Below, in pieces: positions 38,904-48,412 of a stretch of DNA of 64,000 nucleotides (its first letter is position 1; the number at the start of each line of letters is the position of its first letter). The stretch covers positions 1,056,001 to 1,120,000 of the forward strand of contig OZ253665.1 in NCBI GenBank assembly GCA_965263295.1. Direction: 5' to 3'. A model generated the notes under the pieces. The model did not search any database, was not told the DNA's origin, and saw only the letters and a list, made by a program, of their open reading frames with translations. This DNA comes from Spirochaetia bacterium. GTDB lineage: Bacteria; Spirochaetota; Spirochaetia; SP-2023. The translations under genes were made by a program, and so were the position numbers.

Positions 38904-40370
38904 ATGAACTTTCGGGTACTGTGTTTAGGGCTTTCTGCGTTAATGTTGATTATTGCAGTACTGATGTTCGTTCCGCTCTGGGTCGCCCTGCTATTCAAAG
39001 AATGGCATCTCGTTGGGGCTTTTCTTGTGCCGATTGGTTTTAGCCTGCTTTTGTTTGGCAGTTTATTGTGGGTTTTATCGCGCAAGCGTAAACTGAACAG
39101 GAGTCTGGTTCCGCACGATGCATTGCTATTAGTATCCTTCTCCTGGTTTTTTGTCTCGGCTCTGTCCGCCTTACCTTTTGTTATCTCCGGCGAAATTCCC
39201 AGTTTTGTCGATGCATTTTTTGAGACAATCTCCGGTTATACAACTACAGGAGCGAGTATCCTCAGTGACATTGAAGGACTTTCTAAAGGTTTACTGTTTT
39301 GGCGTGCAATGACGCACTGGTTGGGGGGTATGGGCTTTATTGTCCTGACCATAGCTCTGTTCCCGCTTTTGGGAATTAGCGGAGCCCAGCTGATGCGGGC
39401 AGAAGCTCCCGGTCCCGATCTCGATAAAGTGACTTATCGTATAAACAATACTGCCAAGCTTTTGTGGTTGATTTATACCATTATGACTTTCGCTGAAACA
39501 CTATTGTTATGGTTGGGTGGGATGAGTCTTTTTGATGCCGTAACGCACAGTTTTGCCACGATGGCCACAGGCGGATACTCGACCAAAAATGCCAGTGTCG
39601 GAGCCTTTAACTCAAAGTATCTTCAATCGGTTATCACTATATTCATGATTTTGGCGGGTTGTAACTTTATGATGTATTATCATGCATTTGCTCGCAAGTG
39701 GGATAAAATTCGGGCTAATACCGAACTTAAAGTTTATCTCTGCATATTTGTCGTTTTCAGTTTGTGTATCGCCTTAACTTTGGACATACAATACCAGCCT
39801 GGCAAGACTTTTGGCGCCAGTTTGCTCGATGCTTCGTTTCAAGTCGCCAGTATCTTGACGACGACAGGTTTTGCCACCGTCGACTACAATCGCTGGCCAG
39901 AAAGCGTTAAGGCTTTGTTGTTTTTATTGATGTTTGTCGGTGGTTCGGCCGGGTCAACAGCTGGGGGTATCAAAGTCATCCGCGTCATTTGCTTGATAAA
40001 AAAAGCGACCCTGGAGCTGCGTTACATGTTGAACCCAAGGGGCTTCTTTCGTATTTCGGTCAACGGCCAATCCATGGGCAGTCTGGTAATTGCCGCGATT
40101 CTGGGGTTTTTAGTTCTGTATATTTTACTGCTATTCCTGACGACCTTGGTACTGACTCTTTTTGGTAGCGATTTGCTGACGGCATTTTCCGGAGCCCTAG
40201 CGATTTTAGGCAATATCGGCCCCGGTTTTGGGGGGTTTGGCCCGGCCATGAACTATGGTCATTTGCACCCTTTTGTCAAAGTTTTTCTTTCAATTATCAT
40301 GGTGATCGGGCGTTTAGAACTTTATACCGTTCTTGTATTGTTGATGCCACGCTTTTGGCGTAGCTTTTAA
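38904..40370 (+). CDS. trkH: Trk K+ uptake membrane subunit
   Basis: FFETISGYTTTGAS, HWLGGMG, TGGYS, TTTGF, GSTAGGIK, GNIGPG and GRLE. Confidence 0.96.
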   Translation: MNFRVLCLGLSALMLIIAVLMFVPLWVALLFKEWHLVGAFLVPIGFSLLLFGSLLWVLSRKRKLNRSLVPHDALLLVSFSWFFVSALSALPFVISGEIPSFVDAFFETISGYTTTGASILSDIEGLSKGLLFWRAMTHWLGGMGFIVLTIALFPLLGISGAQLMRAEAPGPDLDKVTYRINNTAKLLWLIYTIMTFAETLLLWLGGMSLFDAVTHSFATMATGGYSTKNASVGAFNSKYLQSVITIFMILAGCNFMMYYHAFARKWDKIRANTELKVYLCIFVVFSLCIALTLDIQYQPGKTFGASLLDASFQVASILTTTGFATVDYNRWPESVKALLFLLMFVGGSAGSTAGGIKVIRVICLIKKATLELRYMLNPRGFFRISVNGQSMGSLVIAAILGFLVLYILLLFLTTLVLTLFGSDLLTAFSGALAILGNIGPGFGGFGPAMNYGHLHPFVKVFLSIIMVIGRLELYTVLVLLMPRFWRSF

Positions 40371-40412
40371 ACGGGTAAAATATAAAATTGGCGATTTGTG
40401 AATTTTCTCATT

Positions 40413-40456
40413 TTAAAAACGTGTAGTCACAACAGCATGAAATCACACGTTTTTAA
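40413..40456. terminator. Inverted repeat between convergent trkH and rplS
   Basis: ttaaaaacgtgt-N20-acacgtttttaa. Confidence 0.55.
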
Positions 40457-40488
40457 GTGAGCTAGCAGATAGTAATTTATGCTTTAAT

Positions 40489-40848
40489 TTATGCTTTCTT
40501 ACGGCCTACCAGTTCGCGGACACGGGCGGACTTGCCAGATCGTTCGCGCAGATAATATAATTTGGCACGGCGTACGCGACCGCGGCGCACCACTTCAATA
40601 CGTTTAATACGGGGTGAATGCAGCGGGAAAATACGTTCCACACCAACACCGAAGGAAATTTTGCGCACGGTGAATGTCTCGCGAATACCACCATGGCTAA
40701 AACCAATCGTTATACCTTCATATATCTGGATACGCTCTGTCCCTCCCTCTACAATCTGGTAATGGATCTTGACCGTATCGCCGACGCGAAAATTTTTGCG
40801 ATCAGCTACCATTTGCTCTGCTTCCAGAGCAGAAATCATAATGCTCAT
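40489..40848 (-). CDS. rplS: 50S ribosomal protein L19
   Basis: [23 protein letters not shown] and [10 protein letters not shown]. Confidence 0.98.
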   Translation of the reverse strand: MSIMISALEAEQMVADRKNFRVGDTVKIHYQIVEGGTERIQIYEGITIGFSHGGIRETFTVRKISFGVGVERIFPLHSPRIKRIEVVRRGRVRRAKLYYLRERSGKSARVRELVGRKKA

Positions 40849-40881
40849 CTTATCTCCTTTTGTCTCCTTTTGAGTCGTTTT

Positions 40882-41733
40882 CTAATTATCGTTCTGTAAA
40901 GACCGCAGCAAATCCAAGGTTTGGCTATTCAGTTGTCCGCTTTCCTGAGCCCGCTGCAGAAGTTCTGGACGCCGGGCAATAGTACGTTTTAGACTTTGCT
41001 CTAGGCGCCACAAAAAAATCTTTTCATGGTGCCCCGAAAGCAGTACCTGGGGCACTCTTTGCCCGCCAAAAGACTCAGGGCGAGTATATTGAGGATATTC
41101 CAGCAAAGCTCTAGAAAAGCTTTCCGAATCCAGAGAATCTCTATTGATGACACCCTCGCAAAGCCTATAAATGGCATCCGTCAAACATAGACTCCCCAGC
41201 TCCCCAGAAGAGATCACATAATCGCCAATTGACAATTCTAAGTCAACATACTGATCGATAACTCTCTGGTCAATCCCTTCGTATCTGCCGCATATAAAGA
41301 TAATTTCATCTTTAATTTTATTGTTATTATTTAGTTTTTTTATCGTATTAGGGGTATTAAAATTTTGCAGGATTCTTGCCGATTGACTTAAAAGATCAAG
41401 AAACTCGTCATTTTGTACTTGGCCCAGGCGACTCAAAGCCATTGCAAGCTTCTGCTGCATGGGGTAACCGCTCGGCGTGGGGTAGATGCAAAATTTGTCA
41501 CGGGCCTGGACGCTCTCGAGGGCGCGAGCGAGTGGTTCACTTTTTAATAGCATGCCAGCGCCTCCTCCATAGGGAGCATCGTCACAGGCATGATAGGGAT
41601 TATCCGTGGCAAAATCGCGGATTTGCAAGATAAAATATTGAATCAGGCCCTTTTCCACTGCTCGCTTCATAATAGAATTTTGGAAAAAGGATTCAATGAT
41701 TGCCGGGAAAAGGGTTAGGTAAGTGAACTTCAT
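40882..41733 (-). CDS. trmD: tRNA (guanine37-N1)-methyltransferase with ~38-aa insertion
   Basis: DDAPYGGGAGM, ICGRYEGIDQR, SIGDYVISSGE and LLEYPQYTRP. Confidence 0.97.
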   Translation of the reverse strand: MKFTYLTLFPAIIESFFQNSIMKRAVEKGLIQYFILQIRDFATDNPYHACDDAPYGGGAGMLLKSEPLARALESVQARDKFCIYPTPSGYPMQQKLAMALSRLGQVQNDEFLDLLSQSARILQNFNTPNTIKKLNNNNKIKDEIIFICGRYEGIDQRVIDQYVDLELSIGDYVISSGELGSLCLTDAIYRLCEGVINRDSLDSESFSRALLEYPQYTRPESFGGQRVPQVLLSGHHEKIFLWRLEQSLKRTIARRPELLQRAQESGQLNSQTLDLLRSLQNDN

Positions 41734-41742
41734 AAGTGCTGG

Positions 41743-42393
41743 CTACTCGTCATTTTTATTGAGCAAAGCATTAAAATATTCCAAGTGGCGGACTTCTAGA
41801 CGCAGGGGGATCCCACGCTGTATTTGCCCAATCACGCTATCGTGAAAAGGTAGGTAAAGGTATTCCTGGCTATAATGGCGAATGTAATGAGGTGCGAGCC
41901 GGACTTCAAGCAAGAGTTGGGCTCCTCCTTCCATTAGGCCGCAAATCTGCCCCAGAGAGAACTCAGCTGGACTGCCTTTGGGGGCCTCGGAGACATGGTA
42001 GAGTTCGGCACCGATGAGCTCGCGATAGTGAAACTCGCCTTCGGCACAAGGGCTAGCATAATGTTCTTCCACCCAAAGTTCCCAGCCGTGAAAGGGCCTG
42101 ATCTGTTCTGGCGCGTTCCAGGCCCCGCACTTAAGAAGCAATTTATTGCTGCGACCCAATTCGTCTTGCCGCATGAGTAGCATTCCCTCAAGTTCTAATG
42201 CTTGTTTTCTATGATCCCGCGGGTGGCGGACTTCCAGTTTTCGCAGCTGACTCAGGCGGTGTTGGCCGCTGTCATCTGGCTGCAACGGATTGAAGAGGTG
42301 GCAGAGAAACTGTCCGCTCGTTTGATGAGACTTTACAATTCTGCCGATACAGATCAATAAAGGTTCGGTTGGCTCGGCAGGGAACATGACCAT
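41743..42393 (-). CDS. rimM: Ribosome maturation factor RimM (divergent)
   Basis: IGRIVKSH, EGEFHYRELIG and YLYLPF. Canonical position between khpA and trmD. Confidence 0.85.
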   Translation of the reverse strand: MVMFPAEPTEPLLICIGRIVKSHQTSGQFLCHLFNPLQPDDSGQHRLSQLRKLEVRHPRDHRKQALELEGMLLMRQDELGRSNKLLLKCGAWNAPEQIRPFHGWELWVEEHYASPCAEGEFHYRELIGAELYHVSEAPKGSPAEFSLGQICGLMEGGAQLLLEVRLAPHYIRHYSQEYLYLPFHDSVIGQIQRGIPLRLEVRHLEYFNALLNKNDE

Positions 42394-42487
42394 GCAGTCG
42401 TAACAGTAGAGTCAGGAAAGACAGAAGATAATTGCAGACAAGACAAAGCTGCAAGCAATTCAATAAATCGGCAGCTCAATCCGCCGC

Positions 42488-42733
42488 CTAGTCCAGAATT
42501 TCTAGGACATAGCGCTTATCCTGAAAGGCTGTCGCCGCCTGTAACAGGGTGCGCAATGCACGGGCAATGCGACCCTGACGGCCAATAACTTTGCCGATAT
42601 CTTCTTCTGAAACTCGAACTTCAAGGATGACAGAGCGTTCGCCTTCAATAGCTTCAACGCTTACTGCATCCGAGTGCTGGACCAGGGACTTGGTTATGTA
42701 TGCAATAAATTCTGCATATTCATTTGGGCTCAT
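42488..42733 (-). CDS. khpA: KH-domain RNA-binding protein
   Basis: DIGKVIGRQGRIARALRTLL. Confidence 0.95.
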   Translation of the reverse strand: MSPNEYAEFIAYITKSLVQHSDAVSVEAIEGERSVILEVRVSEEDIGKVIGRQGRIARALRTLLQAATAFQDKRYVLEILD

Positions 42734-42751
42734 AGTGTACCTGTACGCTAA

Positions 42752-42997
42752 CTATAGAAAAGAGATGCCGTTTCTTGTCAGCAGGCGTTTTACCGTGTCT
42801 GTAGGTTGAGCGCCCTGCTTCAGCCAGTATTCAGCACGCTCTTTGAGAACTTTGACCTGGTCTTCTTTTTCGACAGGGTGATAGTAACCAATCTCTTCAA
42901 TGGCTCGGCCATTGCGTGCCTTGCGGGAATCTATGACAACGATTCGATAGTAAGGGCGGTGAATAGCACCCAGTTTTTTCAAGCGGATTTTTACCAC
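42752..42997 (-). CDS. rpsP: 30S ribosomal protein S16
   Basis: [20 protein letters not shown] and GAQPTDTV. Confidence 0.98.
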   Translation of the reverse strand: MVKIRLKKLGAIHRPYYRIVVIDSRKARNGRAIEEIGYYHPVEKEDQVKVLKERAEYWLKQGAQPTDTVKRLLTRNGISFL

Positions 42998-43070
42998 AAG
43001 TCTACTCCCTGTATGGATATATGTTTGATGGCTGCGACCGAGCGGCTGCCGCCGGCCCGATTAGTTAGGT

Positions 43071-43099
43071 AGAATAAAAATTTTGCTGGTCCTTGTCAA
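43071..43099 (-). promoter_or_regulatory. sigma70 promoter of the rpsP operon
   Basis: TTGACA-N17-TATTCT. Confidence 0.7.
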
Positions 43100-43297
43100 G
43101 CTGTTTGCTTGAGTGCTGTGGCTCTTTCGCAGTTACCTGCGATTGTACTCTCAGGCCTGCTGCAAATTATTTCCCACCTTTTAATGTAAAATAGAGGCTG
43201 AGGATTGATTGTCTGGCGTCAATTAGCCGTCGTAGGCAAAGAAATAGAACTTTGTATAATTAGGCTCCTTTGCCTGGCTTTACTGTTTTAAAGCCCT

Positions 43298-44515
43298 ATG
43301 CCTAAAACTGGGGGGCCTGTGTGCGACTCATCATCTAAACTGCCTAATACTGCGGATATTCAAGTCCGGTCTGTGCCCTTGGGAGACCGTAAAAAGCTGA
43401 AGCAGTTCATCTACTTTCCCAAGAAGTTATATCGCGGCGAGCTCTACTCTGGCTATGCCGGCGGCCAACGAGACCCGTATTGGGTGCCTCCCTTGTGGCT
43501 TAGTGAGTTCGAATTGTTCAATCCGCTTAAGCATCCGATTCATCGGCATTCACGAATTCAACCTTTTCTGGCCTTTCACGCGGGGCGACTGGTGGGGCGT
43601 ATCGCCGCTATCAGGGATGAGCTGTATATCCAAGTTCGGCAGCGCCAGGTGGGCTACTTTGGCTTTTTTGAGTGCATTGATAATCCAGCGGTAGCTGCCG
43701 CATTGCAACACGCTGCAATCGACTGGTGCCGGGAGCAGGGCCTACGGGAAATCATGGGCCCAGTCAACCCTAGCCCCAACCATATAATCGGTTTTCTCTG
43801 TAATCATTTTGTAGAGCCTCCCGTGGTACAAACTCCCTACAACCCAGAGTACTATTTAAAATTTTTTAGCAATAGTGATGGCTGGGAAACGGAAATGAAA
43901 TTTTATGCCTACCGCATTGATCGCGATGTCCATCAGCCATCTGAAAAAGCTTTTCGAGTTGCCCAATTAGCCCGGCAGCGCAACAAGTACCTGGAAATCC
44001 GCCCGCTCAATCTCAAGGACTTCTCAACGGATGTGGAATATATCCGCCAGATATGGAACGAGGCTTGGCTTGACCATAGAGAGTTTGTCCCTTGGCCTGA
44101 AGATGAATTTCGTTATATGGCCAAGAGCTTGAAGCTGATTGCCAACCCCAAGCTGGCCAAGTTGGCATTTATTAAAGGTGAACCTGCCGGTTTTGTGATT
44201 CCCATACCCAACGTCAACGAGGCTATGATTAAATCTAGTGGCCATTTGACTCCGGCCCTAATCGCCCGCCTATTCAAAGTCCGCAAGGGTGGCGACTGGT
44301 TGCGCCTGGCGATACTGGGCGTGCGCGAGAAATTTCAAAAAGGTGGCATAGAAGCCATAATGCTTTGTGATGCCTATACTACGGGTATGCAAATGGGTTA
44401 CCAGCACGCGGATATGTCCTTCATTACCGAAGAGAATGACAAGCTTTTGAAGTTGCTGGATCATATGAATTTTTGGCGGTATCGCGAATATTGCACCTTT
44501 CGTAAGGCACTCTGA
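43298..44515 (+). CDS. YghO/bacterial ceramide synthase (bCerS)-like double-GNAT N-acyltransferase
   Basis: LKQFIYFPKKLY, DPYWVPPL, FLA..GRLVGRIAA, GYFGFFECID, IMGP, PYNPEYY, P.PNVNE and LGVREKFQKGG. Confidence 0.8.
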   Translation: MPKTGGPVCDSSSKLPNTADIQVRSVPLGDRKKLKQFIYFPKKLYRGELYSGYAGGQRDPYWVPPLWLSEFELFNPLKHPIHRHSRIQPFLAFHAGRLVGRIAAIRDELYIQVRQRQVGYFGFFECIDNPAVAAALQHAAIDWCREQGLREIMGPVNPSPNHIIGFLCNHFVEPPVVQTPYNPEYYLKFFSNSDGWETEMKFYAYRIDRDVHQPSEKAFRVAQLARQRNKYLEIRPLNLKDFSTDVEYIRQIWNEAWLDHREFVPWPEDEFRYMAKSLKLIANPKLAKLAFIKGEPAGFVIPIPNVNEAMIKSSGHLTPALIARLFKVRKGGDWLRLAILGVREKFQKGGIEAIMLCDAYTTGMQMGYQHADMSFITEENDKLLKLLDHMNFWRYREYCTFRKAL

Positions 44516-44555
44516 GGCATATAGCGCGAGTGTATTTTCACTGAGGAGAGATTTC

Positions 44556-45503
44556 ATGAGCAATGTGTTTTTATTTCCTGGCCAGGGGGCCCAATACTCT
44601 GGGATGGGAAAAGATTTATTCGATAGTTTTTCCAGTGTGCGCGAGCTGTTCCATTGTGCCAGTGATATCGCCTCACTGGACTTGCAGGAAATCTTGTTTA
44701 GCGGTACCGAGGAACAGCTGAAGCAGACTAATATTATCCAAATAGGCATTACTTTGGTGAACCTAAGTGTCGCGACCGTGCTGCGCGAAAAGGGCATACA
44801 AGCGCAGGCGACTGCGGGTTTTAGCCTGGGCGAATACTCTGCCCTGTGGTATGCGGGGGTGCTTACGACCGAATCTGTCTTTCAGGCCGTGGTGGAACGC
44901 GGCCGGGTCATGGATCAGTGTTGTCGAAAGTTAAATACTCAGGCTTCACAGCCAGCGGGCATGGCAGCAGTATTAGGCCTGACTTATGATGAAGTGGCCA
45001 CAGCTCTGGCCCCCCTTCAAGCTAAGGGGGCGCATATTTATATTGCCAACTATAATGCGGTAAAGCAAATTGTTATTGCTGGCAGTGGCGCAGCTATTGC
45101 CGAGGCCGACTCTGTCATGCAAGATGCTGGCGCCATGAAGTACGTGTTACTGAAGGTTAGTGGTCCATTCCATACTCCACTGATGAAAAGTGCCGCAGAA
45201 GAATTTAGCCGCTTTTTAAGAGAGAAAGTTCACTTTGCTCAGCCCCAGCTGGCGTTGTACTCCAACGTCACCGGCGAGAGAGTGGCGCCGGGGTCAGACT
45301 TGGCCGAACTGGCTTTACTGCAAATTTATAGCCCTGTATTGTGGGTAAACATTGAGGAGTCGCTGAAAGCCGAAGGTTACAGCCAAGCAATGGAGACGGG
45401 GCCAGGCAGCGTCTTGACCGGGCTCTGGAAGCAATTCTTGCGTAAACAACCCTGTCAAACTTTGGGGACTCTCGAACAAATCGAAAGCCTTGTAGCAAAA
45501 TAA
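44556..45503 (+). CDS. fabD: Malonyl-CoA:ACP transacylase
   Basis: FLFPGQGAQYSGMG, GFSLGEY, ANYN and LKVSGPFHTPLM. Confidence 0.95.
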   Translation: MSNVFLFPGQGAQYSGMGKDLFDSFSSVRELFHCASDIASLDLQEILFSGTEEQLKQTNIIQIGITLVNLSVATVLREKGIQAQATAGFSLGEYSALWYAGVLTTESVFQAVVERGRVMDQCCRKLNTQASQPAGMAAVLGLTYDEVATALAPLQAKGAHIYIANYNAVKQIVIAGSGAAIAEADSVMQDAGAMKYVLLKVSGPFHTPLMKSAAEEFSRFLREKVHFAQPQLALYSNVTGERVAPGSDLAELALLQIYSPVLWVNIEESLKAEGYSQAMETGPGSVLTGLWKQFLRKQPCQTLGTLEQIESLVAK

Positions 45504-45536
45504 AAGTATGGCGATAGACAGCTAACGGAGCCGAAA

Positions 45537-46829
45537 GTGAAGAATCAAAGGATTGTGATTACAGGCATTGGAACGGTGAACCCATTGGGGGGCAACCCGG
45601 AAGAATACTACCAAAATCTCTTGGCGGGTAAGTCGGGAATACGGCGTTGGCAGAGTCTAGACATGAGTAAGCTAGAGTGCCAGATCGGCGGTGATATGGG
45701 TGATTTTGACACTGCTGGCGCTATGGAACCCTTTTGGCCATATTTTGAAGGCCCAACATTCAAGTCTGTACGCAAGCTTTTTCGAGGCACGACTTTCTCT
45801 GCCAAAATTGCTCTGATTACGACGTTGCAGGCATGGGAAGATGCTGATTTCTTTGAAAGACCACCACTGGATCTCAGAGCAGTTAGCCTCCCGGTAGCTG
45901 GACACAACTTTAACTCAAACTATATCTTTGAGAATTACCGGACTTTTATTCAAGACCCGGACATGATTGAGCCATTGTGCAGTGTCGACGCCATTGATCC
46001 GAACCTGCCAGCGGTAGTTTCAGAGGCTCTCGGCTTGCATGGGCCGTCTTTTACGCTTGGCGGGGCATGTGCGAGTGGCAACCTGGCCCTTCGCCAGGGC
46101 TACCTGGACATTCTTTCGGGCGAGTGCGATACCGCTTTAGTTGTGGGACCTCCATTTGATGTCTCACCGGCGGATATTCAGGCTTCGACTATCCTTAGCG
46201 CCGTGGTTGTCAAACCAGAGTATCAGCATAACCCGACAAGCTCGTGCCGTCCGCTGGATAAGGGTCGTTGTGGGTTTCTTTATTCACACGGAGGCGCGAC
46301 GGTGGTTCTGGAGACTCTGGAGCGCGCGGAAGCGCGCGGCGCCAAGATTTATGGGGAGCTCCTGGGTGTGGCGGCTAACGCCAATGCCAATCACCTGCCG
46401 ATTCCTGGCGCAGAACACCAGGAACACGCCGTAAAGAAATTACTGAATATGACCGGGACAGAGCCTGAGCAGATTGATTATATCAACTGCCATGCCACCA
46501 GTACCTACGAGGGAGATTTACAGGAAATATTGGCACTGAAGAATGTTTTTGGTCCACATATCCAAAACATTAAATTGAATGCGCCGAAGTCCATGCTCGG
46601 CCACACTTGCTGGGCATCGCCGCTGGTAGAGACAATTGGCGCTTTGAAGTCTATGGAATACGGCAAGTTGCATCCGACTATCAATCTCGATGATCCCGAC
46701 CCAGAGGTCGAAGGTCTGGAGTTATGCGCCAACAAGGTCGTCAATCATCAGATTGACATAATGTTAAAAAATTCCTTTGGCTTTGGCGGTATCAATTGCT
46801 GTTCGCTGATTAAGCGCTTCCGAGGCTAA
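45537..46829 (+). CDS. Beta-ketoacyl-ACP synthase, atypical (PksF-like scaffold, Cys-His-His triad intact)
   Basis: IVITGIG, GGACASG, YINCHATST, KSMLGHTCW and NSFGFGGIN. Confidence 0.9.
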   Translation: MKNQRIVITGIGTVNPLGGNPEEYYQNLLAGKSGIRRWQSLDMSKLECQIGGDMGDFDTAGAMEPFWPYFEGPTFKSVRKLFRGTTFSAKIALITTLQAWEDADFFERPPLDLRAVSLPVAGHNFNSNYIFENYRTFIQDPDMIEPLCSVDAIDPNLPAVVSEALGLHGPSFTLGGACASGNLALRQGYLDILSGECDTALVVGPPFDVSPADIQASTILSAVVVKPEYQHNPTSSCRPLDKGRCGFLYSHGGATVVLETLERAEARGAKIYGELLGVAANANANHLPIPGAEHQEHAVKKLLNMTGTEPEQIDYINCHATSTYEGDLQEILALKNVFGPHIQNIKLNAPKSMLGHTCWASPLVETIGALKSMEYGKLHPTINLDDPDPEVEGLELCANKVVNHQIDIMLKNSFGFGGINCCSLIKRFRG

Positions 46830-46855
46830 GAAGAAGTGAATGTAGGGAGTCAAAC

Positions 46856-47611
46856 ATGGGAAAACATATTCGCAAGGCTTTTGTCACCGGTGCTTCACGC
46901 GGAATTGGCAAGGGTATAGTCAAGGCCTTGGTCCTCGAGGGCTATGATGTGGCCTTTACATATGTGAGTAAGCCTGAGGTTGCCGAGGCCACGGTCTCAG
47001 AATTACAGGCTCTAGCACCTTCGGCAAAAATTCGCGCCTATGCCATGCAGCTTCAGGACGCAGCACAGATTGAAGCCGTTGTCGATCAGGTATTGTTAGA
47101 TTTTGACGAGATAGGCGTGGTCGTTAACAATGCGGCCATGTTGCGCAACAATGCTGCCGCCCTCATGAGTAATGAAGAATGGGACCAGGTGATTGCCGCG
47201 GATCTCAGCGGGCCTTTTTACGTCATCCGTAGCTTTTTGATGCACATGATTGGCAATCGTTTTGGTCGCATCATTAATATCTCGTCGCTGGCTCAAGACG
47301 GAGTCAGCGGTCAGATCAATTATGCCGCAGCCAAAGCGGGGCTCGTGGGCATGACCAAGTCTCTCGCGCGCGAGTACGGTCCCAAAGGTATCACGGCGAA
47401 TATAGTCTCGGTGGGACTGGTAGACACGGATATGGCCCGCGAACACGCCCAGGACGAGATGGTTCAGCTACTACTTAATTACTGCCCGTTGCGGCGTTAC
47501 GGCGAGATTGACGAGATTGCCAATACCGTGAGCTTTCTGGCAGGAACGGGAGCCGCTTACATCAACGGTGAATCTATTCGTGTAGCTGGTGGCCTGTCTT
47601 ACGTCCCGTGA
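46856..47611 (+). CDS. fabG: 3-oxoacyl-ACP reductase (SDR)
   Basis: TGASRGIG, NNAA, NISS and GQINYAAAKAG. Confidence 0.88.
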   Translation: MGKHIRKAFVTGASRGIGKGIVKALVLEGYDVAFTYVSKPEVAEATVSELQALAPSAKIRAYAMQLQDAAQIEAVVDQVLLDFDEIGVVVNNAAMLRNNAAALMSNEEWDQVIAADLSGPFYVIRSFLMHMIGNRFGRIINISSLAQDGVSGQINYAAAKAGLVGMTKSLAREYGPKGITANIVSVGLVDTDMAREHAQDEMVQLLLNYCPLRRYGEIDEIANTVSFLAGTGAAYINGESIRVAGGLSYVP

Positions 47612-47624
47612 TTTCTGCAAGAAT

Positions 47625-48212
47625 ATGGATAAAGGAGTTGCCATCGAGCGGTGCATTGTGCTGCTCGGTTTGAAACATAGTGGCAAGAGTAGCGTGGGGC
47701 GTTTATTGGCCCCAGGCCTGCATCGCCGGCATTATGATGCGGACCGCTTACTTGAAGAACATTATTTTACCTTGTATCGAAAACGTCTGGGTCTGCGGGC
47801 GATTTATACCGAGTTGGGCAAGTCGGATTTTGACCGCTTACAGCTAAAGGTTCTACAAGATTTCCTTGAACGCGGTCCGGGCACAACGGACTTAGCCCCC
47901 CCCATCCTCTCTCTGGGGGGTGGAGCTGGGGACCTCGCTGAGTTGGGACAATTACTGTACGACAAAAATTGTTTCGTCATTTTGTTGGATGAGCAACCCA
48001 GTCTGTTGTTTCAACGCATCTTAAGAAGTGGTTTACCACCCTTCCTAGGCAATACAGCGACGCCTCAGGAAGCTTTTTCTCGATTTTATAAAATCAGTGG
48101 GCCGCGTCTACGGCGTTACCGTTTGTGGTCTGACCTTGTGTGCCGCTGCGCTCAACGCAGCCAAGAAGTCATAGCCAGAGAACTACAAGATCAGTTATGG
48201 ATTGAAGCTTAA
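47625..48212 (+). CDS. aroK: Shikimate kinase
   Basis: Walker A GLKHSGKSS, DAD and SLGGG. Confidence 0.8.
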   Translation: MDKGVAIERCIVLLGLKHSGKSSVGRLLAPGLHRRHYDADRLLEEHYFTLYRKRLGLRAIYTELGKSDFDRLQLKVLQDFLERGPGTTDLAPPILSLGGGAGDLAELGQLLYDKNCFVILLDEQPSLLFQRILRSGLPPFLGNTATPQEAFSRFYKISGPRLRRYRLWSDLVCRCAQRSQEVIARELQDQLWIEA

Positions 48213-48383
48213 AAAAGTCCAATCTTCAATGCTCGTCTACTTTCTTCGCACGAGTTCGGGACACAGAGTCTTCAAAACTAGCTTAAAGCCTCAGCCCGAA
48301 AGATTGCCGCAAGCTGCATTGCGTCCCGAATATGATTCGAGCAAGTTTGACCACCGGCGGATACAGGACAGCTTCTTTAACAA

Positions 48384-48412
48384 TTGACCTGTCTCACTAT
48401 ATTATATACAAT
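48384..48412 (+). promoter_or_regulatory. sigma70 promoter of the downstream diguanylate cyclase
   Basis: TTGACC-N17-TACAAT. Confidence 0.65.

Noticed and set aside
48385..48412. dif site at the apparent skew switch
   Set aside because: Only a partial XerD-like half (ttatatacaat) with no XerC half; better explained as a sigma70 promoter.
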